59,326 nt of DNA from a virus (taxonomy: Duplodnaviria > Caudoviricetes): the IMG/VR virus record IMGVR_UViG_3300025133_000114, positions 1 through 59,326 of that record; one strand, written 5' to 3'. The translations under genes were made by a program, and so were the position numbers. This document shows, piece by piece, positions 18,407-27,292 of the stretch (its first letter is position 1; each line of letters starts with the position of its first letter). The notes under the pieces were generated by a model. The model had not been told where the DNA came from and did not search any database. It saw nothing but the letters and a program-made list of their open reading frames with translations.

Positions 18407-20968
18407 ATGTCAGGGCAGCCCAGTGCCAATACATATAACGAATCAAGTGCGTCAGCCCAGCTTGCTCTTGAGCAGGCTTTTCTTCTGAAGATATATCCAT
18501 ATTTGTACGAGAAAAATATGGTTCCATATATACCGAAGAACCTCATACTATCAATTCTCAACGCAGAGACCCCAGAGTATGGCGATATGGGATTCCTGAA
18601 TAAATTGACTTACGTCAAGGGCGCTTTTGATTTCATGGAGTTAACCCCGGATCAGATGGGGCAATTAGTCCCCCAGATAAGAATCTTTAAACAGATCTAT
18701 AAGGACGGTCAGCCCACCACAGAAATTGAGTTCGAAGTGCCGGACAAGATCAATCCCGATATTCTTAGCGATACCACCGATCAGGGCTTGGGAATCAAGA
18801 ACTTTCAATATAGATATGTAGGCTCCAACCCAGCTACGGTTCGTAACGATATTGAAGCAAAATTAACTCTTTATTTCCAAAATTTTTCTGAACTCTTGAG
18901 ACCAAGGACGGCTCCTGATAACACCACATACGCTTTTGTGGATTTATTTAGCAGATCAAGAAAACTTATAGACGGGGAAGTCGACCCGCCCCCCCCAGAC
19001 CCTCCCAGTGGCGCTGAATACCAGCTTACCGGCGGCGTGCTGACCCAAGAGGCTAAAGAATACCGAGATGTGGTAGGCAACCTCAGTTCTCCCCCCGACA
19101 AAGATCAATACCTCGGACCTATCGAGTACGAAATAAAAGTAGTCGTTGGGTGGGCTGTCCCGCCAGGTCTGTCTACACTGACATCAAAGCAGAAGGAGGC
19201 TATCGAGGAAAGTAGCCAAGCATTCTTTTTGACACTTATAGATCATGAATTTGATTTTGGGCAGGATGGGACATTTACACTTGAGCTTAATTATAGGGCA
19301 AGACTGGGAGCGATTCTGGAATCCCCTCAGTTGGATATTCTGAGGCTGGACAAGCTTAACACCGATAATCCCTACACCACCACCGAAGACTGGCTTAGTG
19401 ATTCTGGCATGAGTAAAATCTTTGAGGGATCTATAACAGAAATAGTTACCCAGATAAAGAAAGACTTGAAGAGTGCCATATATTCTTGTGACAAAGAGGC
19501 GGAGGAGTTCCTTCGAGGTCGGTTAGCCCGACTAATGGATAACATTCGAGGGGCAAGATACGCAAAAATAGGAAATTATATGGTTGGGAAGGAACGTTTA
19601 TATTCTGAATGGGTGGAAGCCAGTACGCTCAACGCTTGGGCGAATTCGCCAGCGGTTCCCGCCGAGTTTGGCAAAAGTGGTCGCGGTACCCGAGATCCAT
19701 ACGACCCCGGCGCTCACAGTGGGGGAACGGGTCAAGAAGAGGTCGATGGAGATATCGTGAATAACATAGACGCCTCAATGAGCCAACTGGCAAAAGACAC
19801 CGGAGACACCGCCCCCGATGGGAGGAAACAGGCGTGGGAGGAACTTAAAGAAACTCCAAAAGAGACCAAGCTGGGCGACAGCGGACTCCACGGAGTCACT
19901 ATAACATATTTTCTTTTTGGAGACCTGCTTGATTACGTTGTGGGCGAAGCTATCACGGGCACAGAAGATCAGGAAGGCGTGACAACGGAGGATCTAGAAA
20001 GGCTGAAGTTGATTGTGGGTTCTTGCTTTTTTGGCGAAGGTCTGTATCCAATTAGCAATATACCGATATCGTGGGACACGTTTCGTAGTTTCTGGAACAA
20101 GAAGGTTATACAGCCGAGAAGAGAAAAATATCCACTTTTACAGTTCATCAGAGATGTGATGAGGGATTTGTTGTTCGGTGCGCTCAACGGGCAGTATTAC
20201 AGCTTAAAGCCAGGGAAGAAACAAGTGTTCAAAAGTGCTTTCGTTAGCCTCCCGTCTGCCGGTGAGGACCGCGAGGATCCATTAGTTGCCGCTTCGTTTG
20301 CTCAGGGCTTGCGCGGATACGATCTTGTCTTCTCGGCGTTTACTGAGGACAACCCGCTCGCTCTCATGAATTCTCGGGGAACATCGTCTGATATGTATCA
20401 TTATATGTGTATATTTGTTGATAGCGGCGGAAAGGGACCGTTTACTTATGAAGCGGTGAGCAACTCTGGCATGGGTCGTCGCGCATATAACAGAAAGATG
20501 TTGAATATACATCATTTTGGCTTTGGAGAAGATAGTGGTATCCTCAAAGAGGCAAATTTTTCCAAGACAGACCAGCCCTATTTAAGAGAGAGTAGGTATC
20601 TAGAGAAAGGAGGAGATCCGTGGGTTCAGTTATCTAATGTTTACAATGTGGACATAACAGCCTATGGCGCACCATTTTTTTATCCCGGTCAATTTTTGTG
20701 GATTAGCCCGTTTGGTCTAAGCAAAAGTAGAAATGTCAGCTACCGGCTTGGAAGCCCTGATGCCTCCCCGCCCGACTCCAACGGCGCGGGGAGCTTTTCA
20801 AATCTTATGGGCTTGGGCGGATATCATATAATTATCGAGGTGGCTGGCATCTTTGAAGATGGGCTATATGAAATAAAAATAAAGTCCCGTTACGATAACA
20901 GTGGTGGCGACCTCGGGGATCGGGCGGGTTATGGCAGCGATAACACCAAAAGGTGTGAAGACAAGTGA
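18407..20968 (+). CDS. Probable baseplate hub protein
   Basis: C-terminal Y...IT..G.PFFYPGQ...I and LGGY..II.V resemble hub (gp27/GpD-like) folds; synteny. Confidence 0.55.
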   Translation: MSGQPSANTYNESSASAQLALEQAFLLKIYPYLYEKNMVPYIPKNLILSILNAETPEYGDMGFLNKLTYVKGAFDFMELTPDQMGQLVPQIRIFKQIYKDGQPTTEIEFEVPDKINPDILSDTTDQGLGIKNFQYRYVGSNPATVRNDIEAKLTLYFQNFSELLRPRTAPDNTTYAFVDLFSRSRKLIDGEVDPPPPDPPSGAEYQLTGGVLTQEAKEYRDVVGNLSSPPDKDQYLGPIEYEIKVVVGWAVPPGLSTLTSKQKEAIEESSQAFFLTLIDHEFDFGQDGTFTLELNYRARLGAILESPQLDILRLDKLNTDNPYTTTEDWLSDSGMSKIFEGSITEIVTQIKKDLKSAIYSCDKEAEEFLRGRLARLMDNIRGARYAKIGNYMVGKERLYSEWVEASTLNAWANSPAVPAEFGKSGRGTRDPYDPGAHSGGTGQEEVDGDIVNNIDASMSQLAKDTGDTAPDGRKQAWEELKETPKETKLGDSGLHGVTITYFLFGDLLDYVVGEAITGTEDQEGVTTEDLERLKLIVGSCFFGEGLYPISNIPISWDTFRSFWNKKVIQPRREKYPLLQFIRDVMRDLLFGALNGQYYSLKPGKKQVFKSAFVSLPSAGEDREDPLVAASFAQGLRGYDLVFSAFTEDNPLALMNSRGTSSDMYHYMCIFVDSGGKGPFTYEAVSNSGMGRRAYNRKMLNIHHFGFGEDSGILKEANFSKTDQPYLRESRYLEKGGDPWVQLSNVYNVDITAYGAPFFYPGQFLWISPFGLSKSRNVSYRLGSPDASPPDSNGAGSFSNLMGLGGYHIIIEVAGIFEDGLYEIKIKSRYDNSGGDLGDRAGYGSDNTKRCEDK

Positions 20969-20993
20969 GATACGAGTCTAGGAGGTTTTAACA

Positions 20994-22304
20994 ATGGCAG
21001 ATAAATTTTTAGCTACAAACAAAAAAACAAGCCGAGAACTGTTTGAAGAAAGAACAGTTTATAAATTAGAAGCTTTTACGGTGAAGCCGGGCTCGGTTGT
21101 CGGCAATGAAGCTATAAGAGATTTTTGGGAGCTTGACAACATCTATTACGGCAGGATGGATTTGGATAATCGTCCAATCTTGCCAAAAGCTTCTCGTTTG
21201 CGTAACTTGGCTAACTCAGATAATAAAACGATTTTTGCTCTGGATTTTGTGGCAGATGCGTTCAATAGTTTAAAAAAGACTGCAAAAAACAGGATTGACG
21301 ATGGCTGCTTGGCGATGGAAAATAGGGATGGCTCCAGTGAAAGCTATATAGGTCTTTTTGAGCCGGTGAGGGCTTTTGTAAGTTTGCCCGCAACATACAG
21401 AAGAAACTTAAAGATATATTTTCATCTTTTTAAGGAAAGATACCTTAAAGACGGAGCCAATTACGGCAACGTTTTAGGTTTAGACGACTTTTTGGTATCA
21501 TTTAAGTATTTTATGGTCAATGCCGTCGGTGGCAGGCTTCCTTTTACTCTGTCGAACACGGTGGTGTCACCATATGGTTCACCTTTGAACACGGGGATTG
21601 CGGTTGATATCGCTGCTCTTGGTGCGGGTAGTGATCCCGAAAAAGAAGACGATTTTATAAATAACCCAAGGCTGAATTTCTACAAAAATATTGCTCAAGA
21701 ATATGGGTTCTATATAGACAAAAATGTTCCATGGAGGCTCGTAGCAAATCTAAAGTCCCCCTTAATGGAGCCCTACATTGTCAACCGATTCCCAAAATAC
21801 AATGGGCTGGAATCTCTTTTTGATGAATACTACGAACCAGCTACGGCGTTGGATGTAGAGCTTTTGAAAAGCAGCTTGCTGAAGTTCTATAATCGTTTTG
21901 CAGCCCAGCGACGGATAGAGGTAATCGAGGTCAGAAAAGGCGCTTGCAAGACGACCGTTGCCAAGAGAAGAGAGACAATTTCTAGAGAATCTATGGATGA
22001 GATTTATGGCAACCAATTTTGGCTTGATATGTATATCACTTTCAGAAACCTGGAAGGGACACTGGGTTATGAGCCCCAGGCTCTGTCCAAGATTATAAAA
22101 AATGCACAAGACTTGGAAAAAGCAGTTGACATCGATAGGGCAATCGCTTATATTGATTATAAGTTCAAGGGAATGACGAGTATTCCGAGGTCTTTTGCTT
22201 ACGATAGCCTCACTTCTTCTTTGGCGGAGAGTGGGCTTACGGTAAGGGAAGAGACAAGGACTATTCAACAGGCTGCCCAGTTGGAAAACCTTATCGTGTA
22301 TTGA
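20994..22304 (+). CDS. Hypothetical protein
   Basis: AGGAGG RBS; long ORF with no recognised motif. Confidence 0.7.
   Translation: MADKFLATNKKTSRELFEERTVYKLEAFTVKPGSVVGNEAIRDFWELDNIYYGRMDLDNRPILPKASRLRNLANSDNKTIFALDFVADAFNSLKKTAKNRIDDGCLAMENRDGSSESYIGLFEPVRAFVSLPATYRRNLKIYFHLFKERYLKDGANYGNVLGLDDFLVSFKYFMVNAVGGRLPFTLSNTVVSPYGSPLNTGIAVDIAALGAGSDPEKEDDFINNPRLNFYKNIAQEYGFYIDKNVPWRLVANLKSPLMEPYIVNRFPKYNGLESLFDEYYEPATALDVELLKSSLLKFYNRFAAQRRIEVIEVRKGACKTTVAKRRETISRESMDEIYGNQFWLDMYITFRNLEGTLGYEPQALSKIIKNAQDLEKAVDIDRAIAYIDYKFKGMTSIPRSFAYDSLTSSLAESGLTVREETRTIQQAAQLENLIVY
22126..22154 (+). promoter_or_regulatory. sigma70-like promoter inside upstream CDS
   Basis: TTGACA-17-TATATT, about 160 nt before the polA-like gene. 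Confidence 0.55.
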
Positions 22305-22311
22305 GGCGTGG

Positions 22312-23496
22312 ATGCTTTTTCAGACATTAGACAATAAGCAAGAGTGCATCGGAGTCTACAGGGATGGAACACTATTATTTGGCGAGGACGGGATATCTGA
22401 CGGATTCAGTGGTTCCCGTACATGGACATACGCAGCCTACCTGGAAGGACACGAAGTTGAATATGCTTATCTGTACTGTGGGCGTAGTTTGGACGATATT
22501 TGTCCTGATGTTCTTCGGGCTGACTGGGAGTTCATAAATAAGAAATTGCAGGCTTACCTGCGCTCCCTCATTGAGGCTAAGATATCTCTAGATGATGTAT
22601 GTTTCTTTGATCTTGTGCCAGAAAAGTTCCTTATTGATTATTGCTACATGAAAGATCAAATTTGTAATTTTGTCTTCGATAACTTTGAGAAGCCAGATAA
22701 CTATGATTATCTCGTGAGTACGACAAAGCTGATTCATAAGATGGGTCTCCAGAGACTAAACTTAAACTGGTCCAACCTTCGCAACCAGATGCACAGGGAA
22801 TCTGTCCGTGACCAAGTTCGGAAACTCAAGAGTGTTGAGCCGTTCTGTAAGTACAACATATTCGGCACCAAAACCGGCAGGCTGACAACGAGGAAAAACA
22901 GCTTCCCTATCCTGACCCTCGCCAAGGAGATGCGACCAGTGATACAACCAAAAAACGACTTTTACACTAGTTTCGACTTCAATGGAGCAGAACTGAGAAC
23001 GTTGCTTGCTCTGGGAGGCTCTGAGCAGCCCTTACAGGACGTTCACGAGTGGAACCGGGTCAATGTATACCGTAATTTCGGGACACGAGAAGAGGCTAAA
23101 AAACGGCTTTTTTCTTGGCTCTATAATCCAGATTCAAACGACTTTTTATCGGCACGCTTCTATGACAGGGAAAGTTTGGTCGAAAAGCACTGGAACGGCA
23201 CACATGTGAGCACCCCGTATGGGCGGCACATTGAGGTCGACAGGCGCAAGGCTTTAAATTACCTGATCCAGAGTACAACCTCTGATATGGTGCTCGAACA
23301 GGCAGCAAAGTTGGATAATTTTCTTGAAGGCTATAAAACTCGGATTGCCTTCGTCATTCATGACGAGGTGGTCTTGGACGTGGACAAGAGTGAGGCTCAC
23401 CTTTTGCCTCAGCTAGAAGAGATCTTTGCCGATACACGATTTGGAATTTTTCTTATCGGCTCGAAAGAAGGTTCCGATTACGGCGTTGCAGCCTAA
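22312..23496 (+). CDS. Short family A DNA polymerase (polymerase domain only)
   Basis: TKTGRL, motif A DFNGAELR, motif B R..AK...F..LY, ALNY.IQST, motif C IHDE. Confidence 0.85.
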   Translation: MLFQTLDNKQECIGVYRDGTLLFGEDGISDGFSGSRTWTYAAYLEGHEVEYAYLYCGRSLDDICPDVLRADWEFINKKLQAYLRSLIEAKISLDDVCFFDLVPEKFLIDYCYMKDQICNFVFDNFEKPDNYDYLVSTTKLIHKMGLQRLNLNWSNLRNQMHRESVRDQVRKLKSVEPFCKYNIFGTKTGRLTTRKNSFPILTLAKEMRPVIQPKNDFYTSFDFNGAELRTLLALGGSEQPLQDVHEWNRVNVYRNFGTREEAKKRLFSWLYNPDSNDFLSARFYDRESLVEKHWNGTHVSTPYGRHIEVDRRKALNYLIQSTTSDMVLEQAAKLDNFLEGYKTRIAFVIHDEVVLDVDKSEAHLLPQLEEIFADTRFGIFLIGSKEGSDYGVAA

Positions 23497-23499
23497 TTA
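23493..23499 (+). promoter_or_regulatory. Putative late promoter variant CTAATTA
   Basis: Overlaps the polA stop codon, upstream of a leader-bearing gene. Confidence 0.5.
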
Positions 23500-23520
23500 T
23501 AGATTAGGAGATATAGAAGA

Positions 23521-24591
23521 ATGGGACATACCAGATCATGGCAAAACTTCTTAATTTGTGAAGGCGGCATCAAGTCGGCTAAAACAGAAGCAAGATTGAC
23601 GCCCGAAATTGTTATTAGGGCTATCGATGTTTATAAAAGGGTGGTGGCTGATTTCAATAACTGGCTCAAGACGAAGGGAGAATTGCCGATTCGTGCTGTC
23701 CAGCCGGTTGGTTCCGTTTCTTACGCCCAAAGAGATTTACAAGATAGGAGTGAAGTAATTTATGGTGATGTTGATTATTTGGTTGAGTTCCCTATACCGC
23801 CATCAGCGGCTGAAGAGTATACGGAAACAAGAAAAGTAGAAAACTCAACAAAAAGGAAATATCGCGGTCTGTTTACAGCATTTTTAAGCTCCCCGGCGGT
23901 GACGCCTGAAATTGATGTTGATGAGACTCTAAAGGACGGAGGCGATCCAATGATGGTCATTTTGGAAGCTCATCCTGGCGTTCTGGTTCAGGTCGACACT
24001 GTGATTACGTTCCCTGACTATTCAGAATGGATGGCTACGCGCTACACCCCTCAAAGAGGCTTGAAGGGCTACACCATGGGCAAGCTTTATAAAGCTTTGG
24101 GGGATGTGTTCCCGGTAACGATTGGCACCGAAGGGATAATAGCCAGGACAAAAGACGGTCGGCTGGTAACGGGCAGGATGAGAAAGGGTGTCGAACTTCG
24201 AATTATTTCTAAGAATCCAAAATCCTTTCTTATCGATTTGGCGCGATACATCACAAAGGATGAAAACCTCTCCATTCATTCTGATTTGTCGACCCACGGG
24301 GGCATGACAGGAGAGATCACTCTTCGGAAATTGGCTCAAGGAATCCGAGGCTTGGCTCTGACACTGGAGACGGGTGGGTTCATGAGCGCTCAAGATATGT
24401 TGGCGAAAATCCTCAGCAATTACGAAGAAGGCTTGGAAGAGCACAGGGTAAGGACAACAAAAAGAATAGAAAATAAGATTTCTCAGTTGCAAGACTCTTC
24501 ACAACGTGATAAGTTAGAGAAGAAGATTAAAGAGATTGATGAAATTAATGCCAAGGCGTTAAAAGCAGTCTCTCCAGCCTTGAGGGTTTAA
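23521..24591 (+). CDS. Putative Pol-beta-superfamily nucleotidyltransferase
   Basis: VGS...YGDVDYLV...VQVD catalytic pattern. Confidence 0.7.
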   Translation: MGHTRSWQNFLICEGGIKSAKTEARLTPEIVIRAIDVYKRVVADFNNWLKTKGELPIRAVQPVGSVSYAQRDLQDRSEVIYGDVDYLVEFPIPPSAAEEYTETRKVENSTKRKYRGLFTAFLSSPAVTPEIDVDETLKDGGDPMMVILEAHPGVLVQVDTVITFPDYSEWMATRYTPQRGLKGYTMGKLYKALGDVFPVTIGTEGIIARTKDGRLVTGRMRKGVELRIISKNPKSFLIDLARYITKDENLSIHSDLSTHGGMTGEITLRKLAQGIRGLALTLETGGFMSAQDMLAKILSNYEEGLEEHRVRTTKRIENKISQLQDSSQRDKLEKKIKEIDEINAKALKAVSPALRV

Positions 24592-25421
24592 TGAATGTTG
24601 TTGGTCTAGGTAAGGCTGGTTGTGCGATTGCCGATGCTCTGGGCGAATATTCAGAGTATGTCGTCTACAAAATTGACAATGGTCTCAAAGGAGAAAGGTG
24701 TTTCAGCATTCCTGAACTCGATCACCCCGAAAAATATGAAACGAACCCTTTAGAGATGGAGGGCTTTTTCCGAGAAATTGATGAAGAAGTGGTGTTCATT
24801 CTCTCGGGAGGTTCGAAGATCGCTGGAGCAGCATTGACAATTCTCAGGCAGTTGAGACATTGTAAAATCACGATCTTGTATATTAAGCCCAACCTAGACA
24901 CGTTAGAAGATATGAAGATCAAAATGCATCGTGTGTGTTTCGGGGCGCTACAAGAGTATGCACGTTCTGCTGTCTTTGATAGGTTTATTGCAATCGACAA
25001 TGACGTGGTTGAAACAATCCTGGGCGACGTACCCATCATCGGCTATTACGATAAGCTCAACGAACTTATTGTCTGGGTATTCCACATGTTGAATGTTCTT
25101 AAAAACTCAGAGCCCGTCATGGGGAGGTCCAGCGAGACAAAAGAAACGTCCCGTATAAGCACGATTGGAACTGTAGACTTTGAGAGCGGGGAAGAAAAAA
25201 TGCTTTTCCCCCTTGACAGCGTGAGAGAGAAGGGTTACTTTTATCTTCTGAGGAATGAGGACTTGCTATCAAGCGGAAGCCTGCTTAGGAAAATAAGCCA
25301 GCAAGTCAAGAATTTGGAAACAGAAGATGCACGCTCTTCATACACAATCTATTCTTCCGACTACGATCAAAATTTTGTTTTTTGTATGTTTCACACACCA
25401 TATGTTCAAAGGAGTATTTAA
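24591..25421 (+). CDS. Divergent tubulin/FtsZ-like protein
   Basis: VVGLGKAGCAIA (T1 loop), degenerate SGGSKIAG (T4 loop), IDN, N..I; no C-terminal tail. Confidence 0.65.
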   Translation: MNVVGLGKAGCAIADALGEYSEYVVYKIDNGLKGERCFSIPELDHPEKYETNPLEMEGFFREIDEEVVFILSGGSKIAGAALTILRQLRHCKITILYIKPNLDTLEDMKIKMHRVCFGALQEYARSAVFDRFIAIDNDVVETILGDVPIIGYYDKLNELIVWVFHMLNVLKNSEPVMGRSSETKETSRISTIGTVDFESGEEKMLFPLDSVREKGYFYLLRNEDLLSSGSLLRKISQQVKNLETEDARSSYTIYSSDYDQNFVFCMFHTPYVQRSI

Positions 25422-25676
25422 ATGATAGGCTATCAAGCGACCTTCACCAAAAAAGACGGCTCACAACGAGAAATCCGCTTTATCCGTACTGATGAGATGC
25501 CCAAGGATCTGCTTGCCCCGCACATCAAGGGCACGGGCAAGAAGCGTACTCTCAAGGAGGGCATGGAGCTTGTTTGGGATATTGACCAGGAAGGGTTCCG
25601 AGTCTTTAACTGGGACACCATTCAGGGTGACGTAGAAAAGTTTGATTATTTTCTTGACAAAACCAAGAACGCATGA
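25422..25676 (+). CDS. Small SH3-like protein (DUF2693/WYL-like)
   Basis: F.KKDG..R and VWDI....FR.F. Confidence 0.65.
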   Translation: MIGYQATFTKKDGSQREIRFIRTDEMPKDLLAPHIKGTGKKRTLKEGMELVWDIDQEGFRVFNWDTIQGDVEKFDYFLDKTKNA

Positions 25677-25682
25677 TACATT
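25654..25682 (+). promoter_or_regulatory. sigma70-like promoter
   Basis: TTGACA-17-TACATT with extended TG. Confidence 0.75.
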
Positions 25683-25739
25683 ATATACAGCAGAATGGGA
25701 GATTAGCTATTCTGTCTTTAACAATAATAGGAGAGAAAA

Positions 25740-26501
25740 ATGGGTATTAATATCGAAAAAATGCGAGCCAAGCTCGCTGCACTAAACAACAAGGGCGGAA
25801 AGAGCAATATGTTCTGGAAGCCACAAGACGGGGAACAGACGATTCGTATTGTTCCGACTGCGGACGGCGATCCTTTCAAGGATTATTGGTTCCACTATAA
25901 CCTCGGAAACAACAACGGCTTCCTGAGCCCGAAGAAGAACTTCGGAGAGGGCGACCCTCTTGACGACTTCATTCGTAACCTCTTCAACGAGGGCACGGAG
26001 GACAGCATCAAGATGGCGAAGAACCTCATGGCTCGGCAGCGCTTCTTTGCCCCCGTTCTGGTTCGAGGAGAAGAGGACAAGGGTGTCCGTATTTGGGGCT
26101 TCGGCAAGATGGCTTATCAACAGCTTCTTGAGTTGGTCCTGAACCCCGATTATGGGGATATTACGGATACAGAGGATGGCACCGACCTCACTATCAAGTA
26201 CGGTAAGCCCGCTGGGGCGCAGTTTCCGGTGACTACCATTACGCCACGTCGCCGTACATCACCGCTGTGTGACGAAGCGGTTGGTGGTTCGGGAAGGTGT
26301 GCAGAGCTTCTGGAAAACATTCCCGAGTTCGGCTCCTTGTTCGAGCGTAAGACGCCAGAGGAAGTTGGCAAGATGTTGGACGAGTGGCTTGAGGAAGACA
26401 GTACGAATACTGACCAGGCGACTGAGACTGCCAAGTATTCGACATCTGGAACCGATCAGGTCAAGAAAGCCTTCGACGACCTTCTTCAGCAGAGCGCATA
26501 A
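25740..26501 (+). CDS. Single-stranded DNA-binding protein (gp32-like)
   Basis: FWKP..G...IRI.P, HY, V.IW.FGK, D...G.D, acidic tail; upstream of recA. Confidence 0.8.
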   Translation: MGINIEKMRAKLAALNNKGGKSNMFWKPQDGEQTIRIVPTADGDPFKDYWFHYNLGNNNGFLSPKKNFGEGDPLDDFIRNLFNEGTEDSIKMAKNLMARQRFFAPVLVRGEEDKGVRIWGFGKMAYQQLLELVLNPDYGDITDTEDGTDLTIKYGKPAGAQFPVTTITPRRRTSPLCDEAVGGSGRCAELLENIPEFGSLFERKTPEEVGKMLDEWLEEDSTNTDQATETAKYSTSGTDQVKKAFDDLLQQSA

Positions 26502-26510
26502 AGCTCCCGC

Positions 26511-26711
26511 GACAGTTTAACGATAGGTAATCTTTTGATGTTAAAACTCAAAAGAAGTTTGTAAAAGTAGCGTAGCGCACTGCCTATTAAAATTGTCACA
26601 CAGTGGACCCCGCAGATCAGAGTGGGGGGGCGCGTATTGTTTCTCGGTTAGAGCGATGCGTCCGAAATTATAGCCGACGCGCAGGTTGGGGCATGGCGTT
26701 ACAGATGCCCC
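26511..26711 (+). ncRNA. Candidate multi-domain structured RNA (three-way junction, hairpin, two pseudoknots)
   Basis: Complementary segments identified by eye (see findings); family not recognised. Confidence 0.45.
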
Positions 26712-26740
26712 TATTTTTTTTTCAAGGGAGAGAAAACAAC

Positions 26741-26989
26741 ATGAATATGTTTAGATATATCAACCGAGTCCACTTTATTGGTGCTCTCGCAGCGGTAGCA
26801 CTTTTAGTGGGTGCTTCGTTTCTAACAGGGTGCAGTTCAGCATCTGATGAGGAAACAGGCGACACGTCAGTTGTGGAAACAACGGATACGAGTGATACTG
26901 ACACAGGGACGGATACCGGCTCTGAAGACACAGGGACGGATACCGGCTCTGAAGACACAGGGACGGATACAGGTGAAGGAGGAGAATAA
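26741..26989 (+). CDS. Lipoprotein with D/T/G-rich repeats
   Basis: GGGAG RBS, signal peptide ending in lipobox LTGC, DTGTDTGSE repeats. Confidence 0.75.
   Translation: MNMFRYINRVHFIGALAAVALLVGASFLTGCSSASDEETGDTSVVETTDTSDTDTGTDTGSEDTGTDTGSEDTGTDTGEGGE
26900..26970 (+). repeat. 27-nt tandem repeat (about 2.6 copies) GACACAGGGACGGATACCGGCTCTGAA
   Basis: Read directly. Confidence 0.9.
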
Positions 26990-26990
26990 T

Positions 26991-27227
26991 ATGAAGACAA
27001 ATCGTAATTATATCATTGGTGCGTTTGCGGCTATTGCAGTCGTGACATTCGGGTACTTTTCGTTTTCGTCGGGCTTATCTGACGGGAACGTAGGAGCATC
27101 CAGCGTTGAAACCCTTGAGGTCGTTGTCTCAAACCCTACTGATATTGTAGCAGGCGAGAATAACGATAACCACGAGGTGATCCACGCGGTTGAAAAGAGC
27201 ACATCCAACGATAGCTCTACCGAGTAG
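26991..27227 (+). CDS. Small membrane-anchored protein
   Basis: GGAGGAG RBS; N-terminal TM segment IIGAFAAIAVV. Confidence 0.7.
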   Translation: MKTNRNYIIGAFAAIAVVTFGYFSFSSGLSDGNVGASSVETLEVVVSNPTDIVAGENNDNHEVIHAVEKSTSNDSSTE

Positions 27228-27230
27228 CCA

Positions 27231-27266
27231 AACCCCACAGGGAGGCACAGGGTTATCAGGTGCCTC
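27231..27266 (+). other. H-type RNA pseudoknot candidate in the recA leader
   Basis: AACCC/GGGTT and GAGGCAC/GTGCCTC interleaved stems. Confidence 0.55.
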
Positions 27267-27292
27267 TTCCCTTTCAAATAACGGAGATCACG

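Noticed and set aside
26538-26575. Possible tmRNA tag frame (...VKTQKKFVKVA-stop) within the pseudoknot-rich RNA
   Set aside because: No tRNA-Ala-like acceptor or T-arm (GGGG...TTCGA...CCA) nearby, so tmRNA is unsupported
26603-26740. N-terminal extension of the lipoprotein ORF given in the ORF track
   Set aside because: RBS and signal peptide point to ATG 26741; the upstream part is better explained as structured RNA
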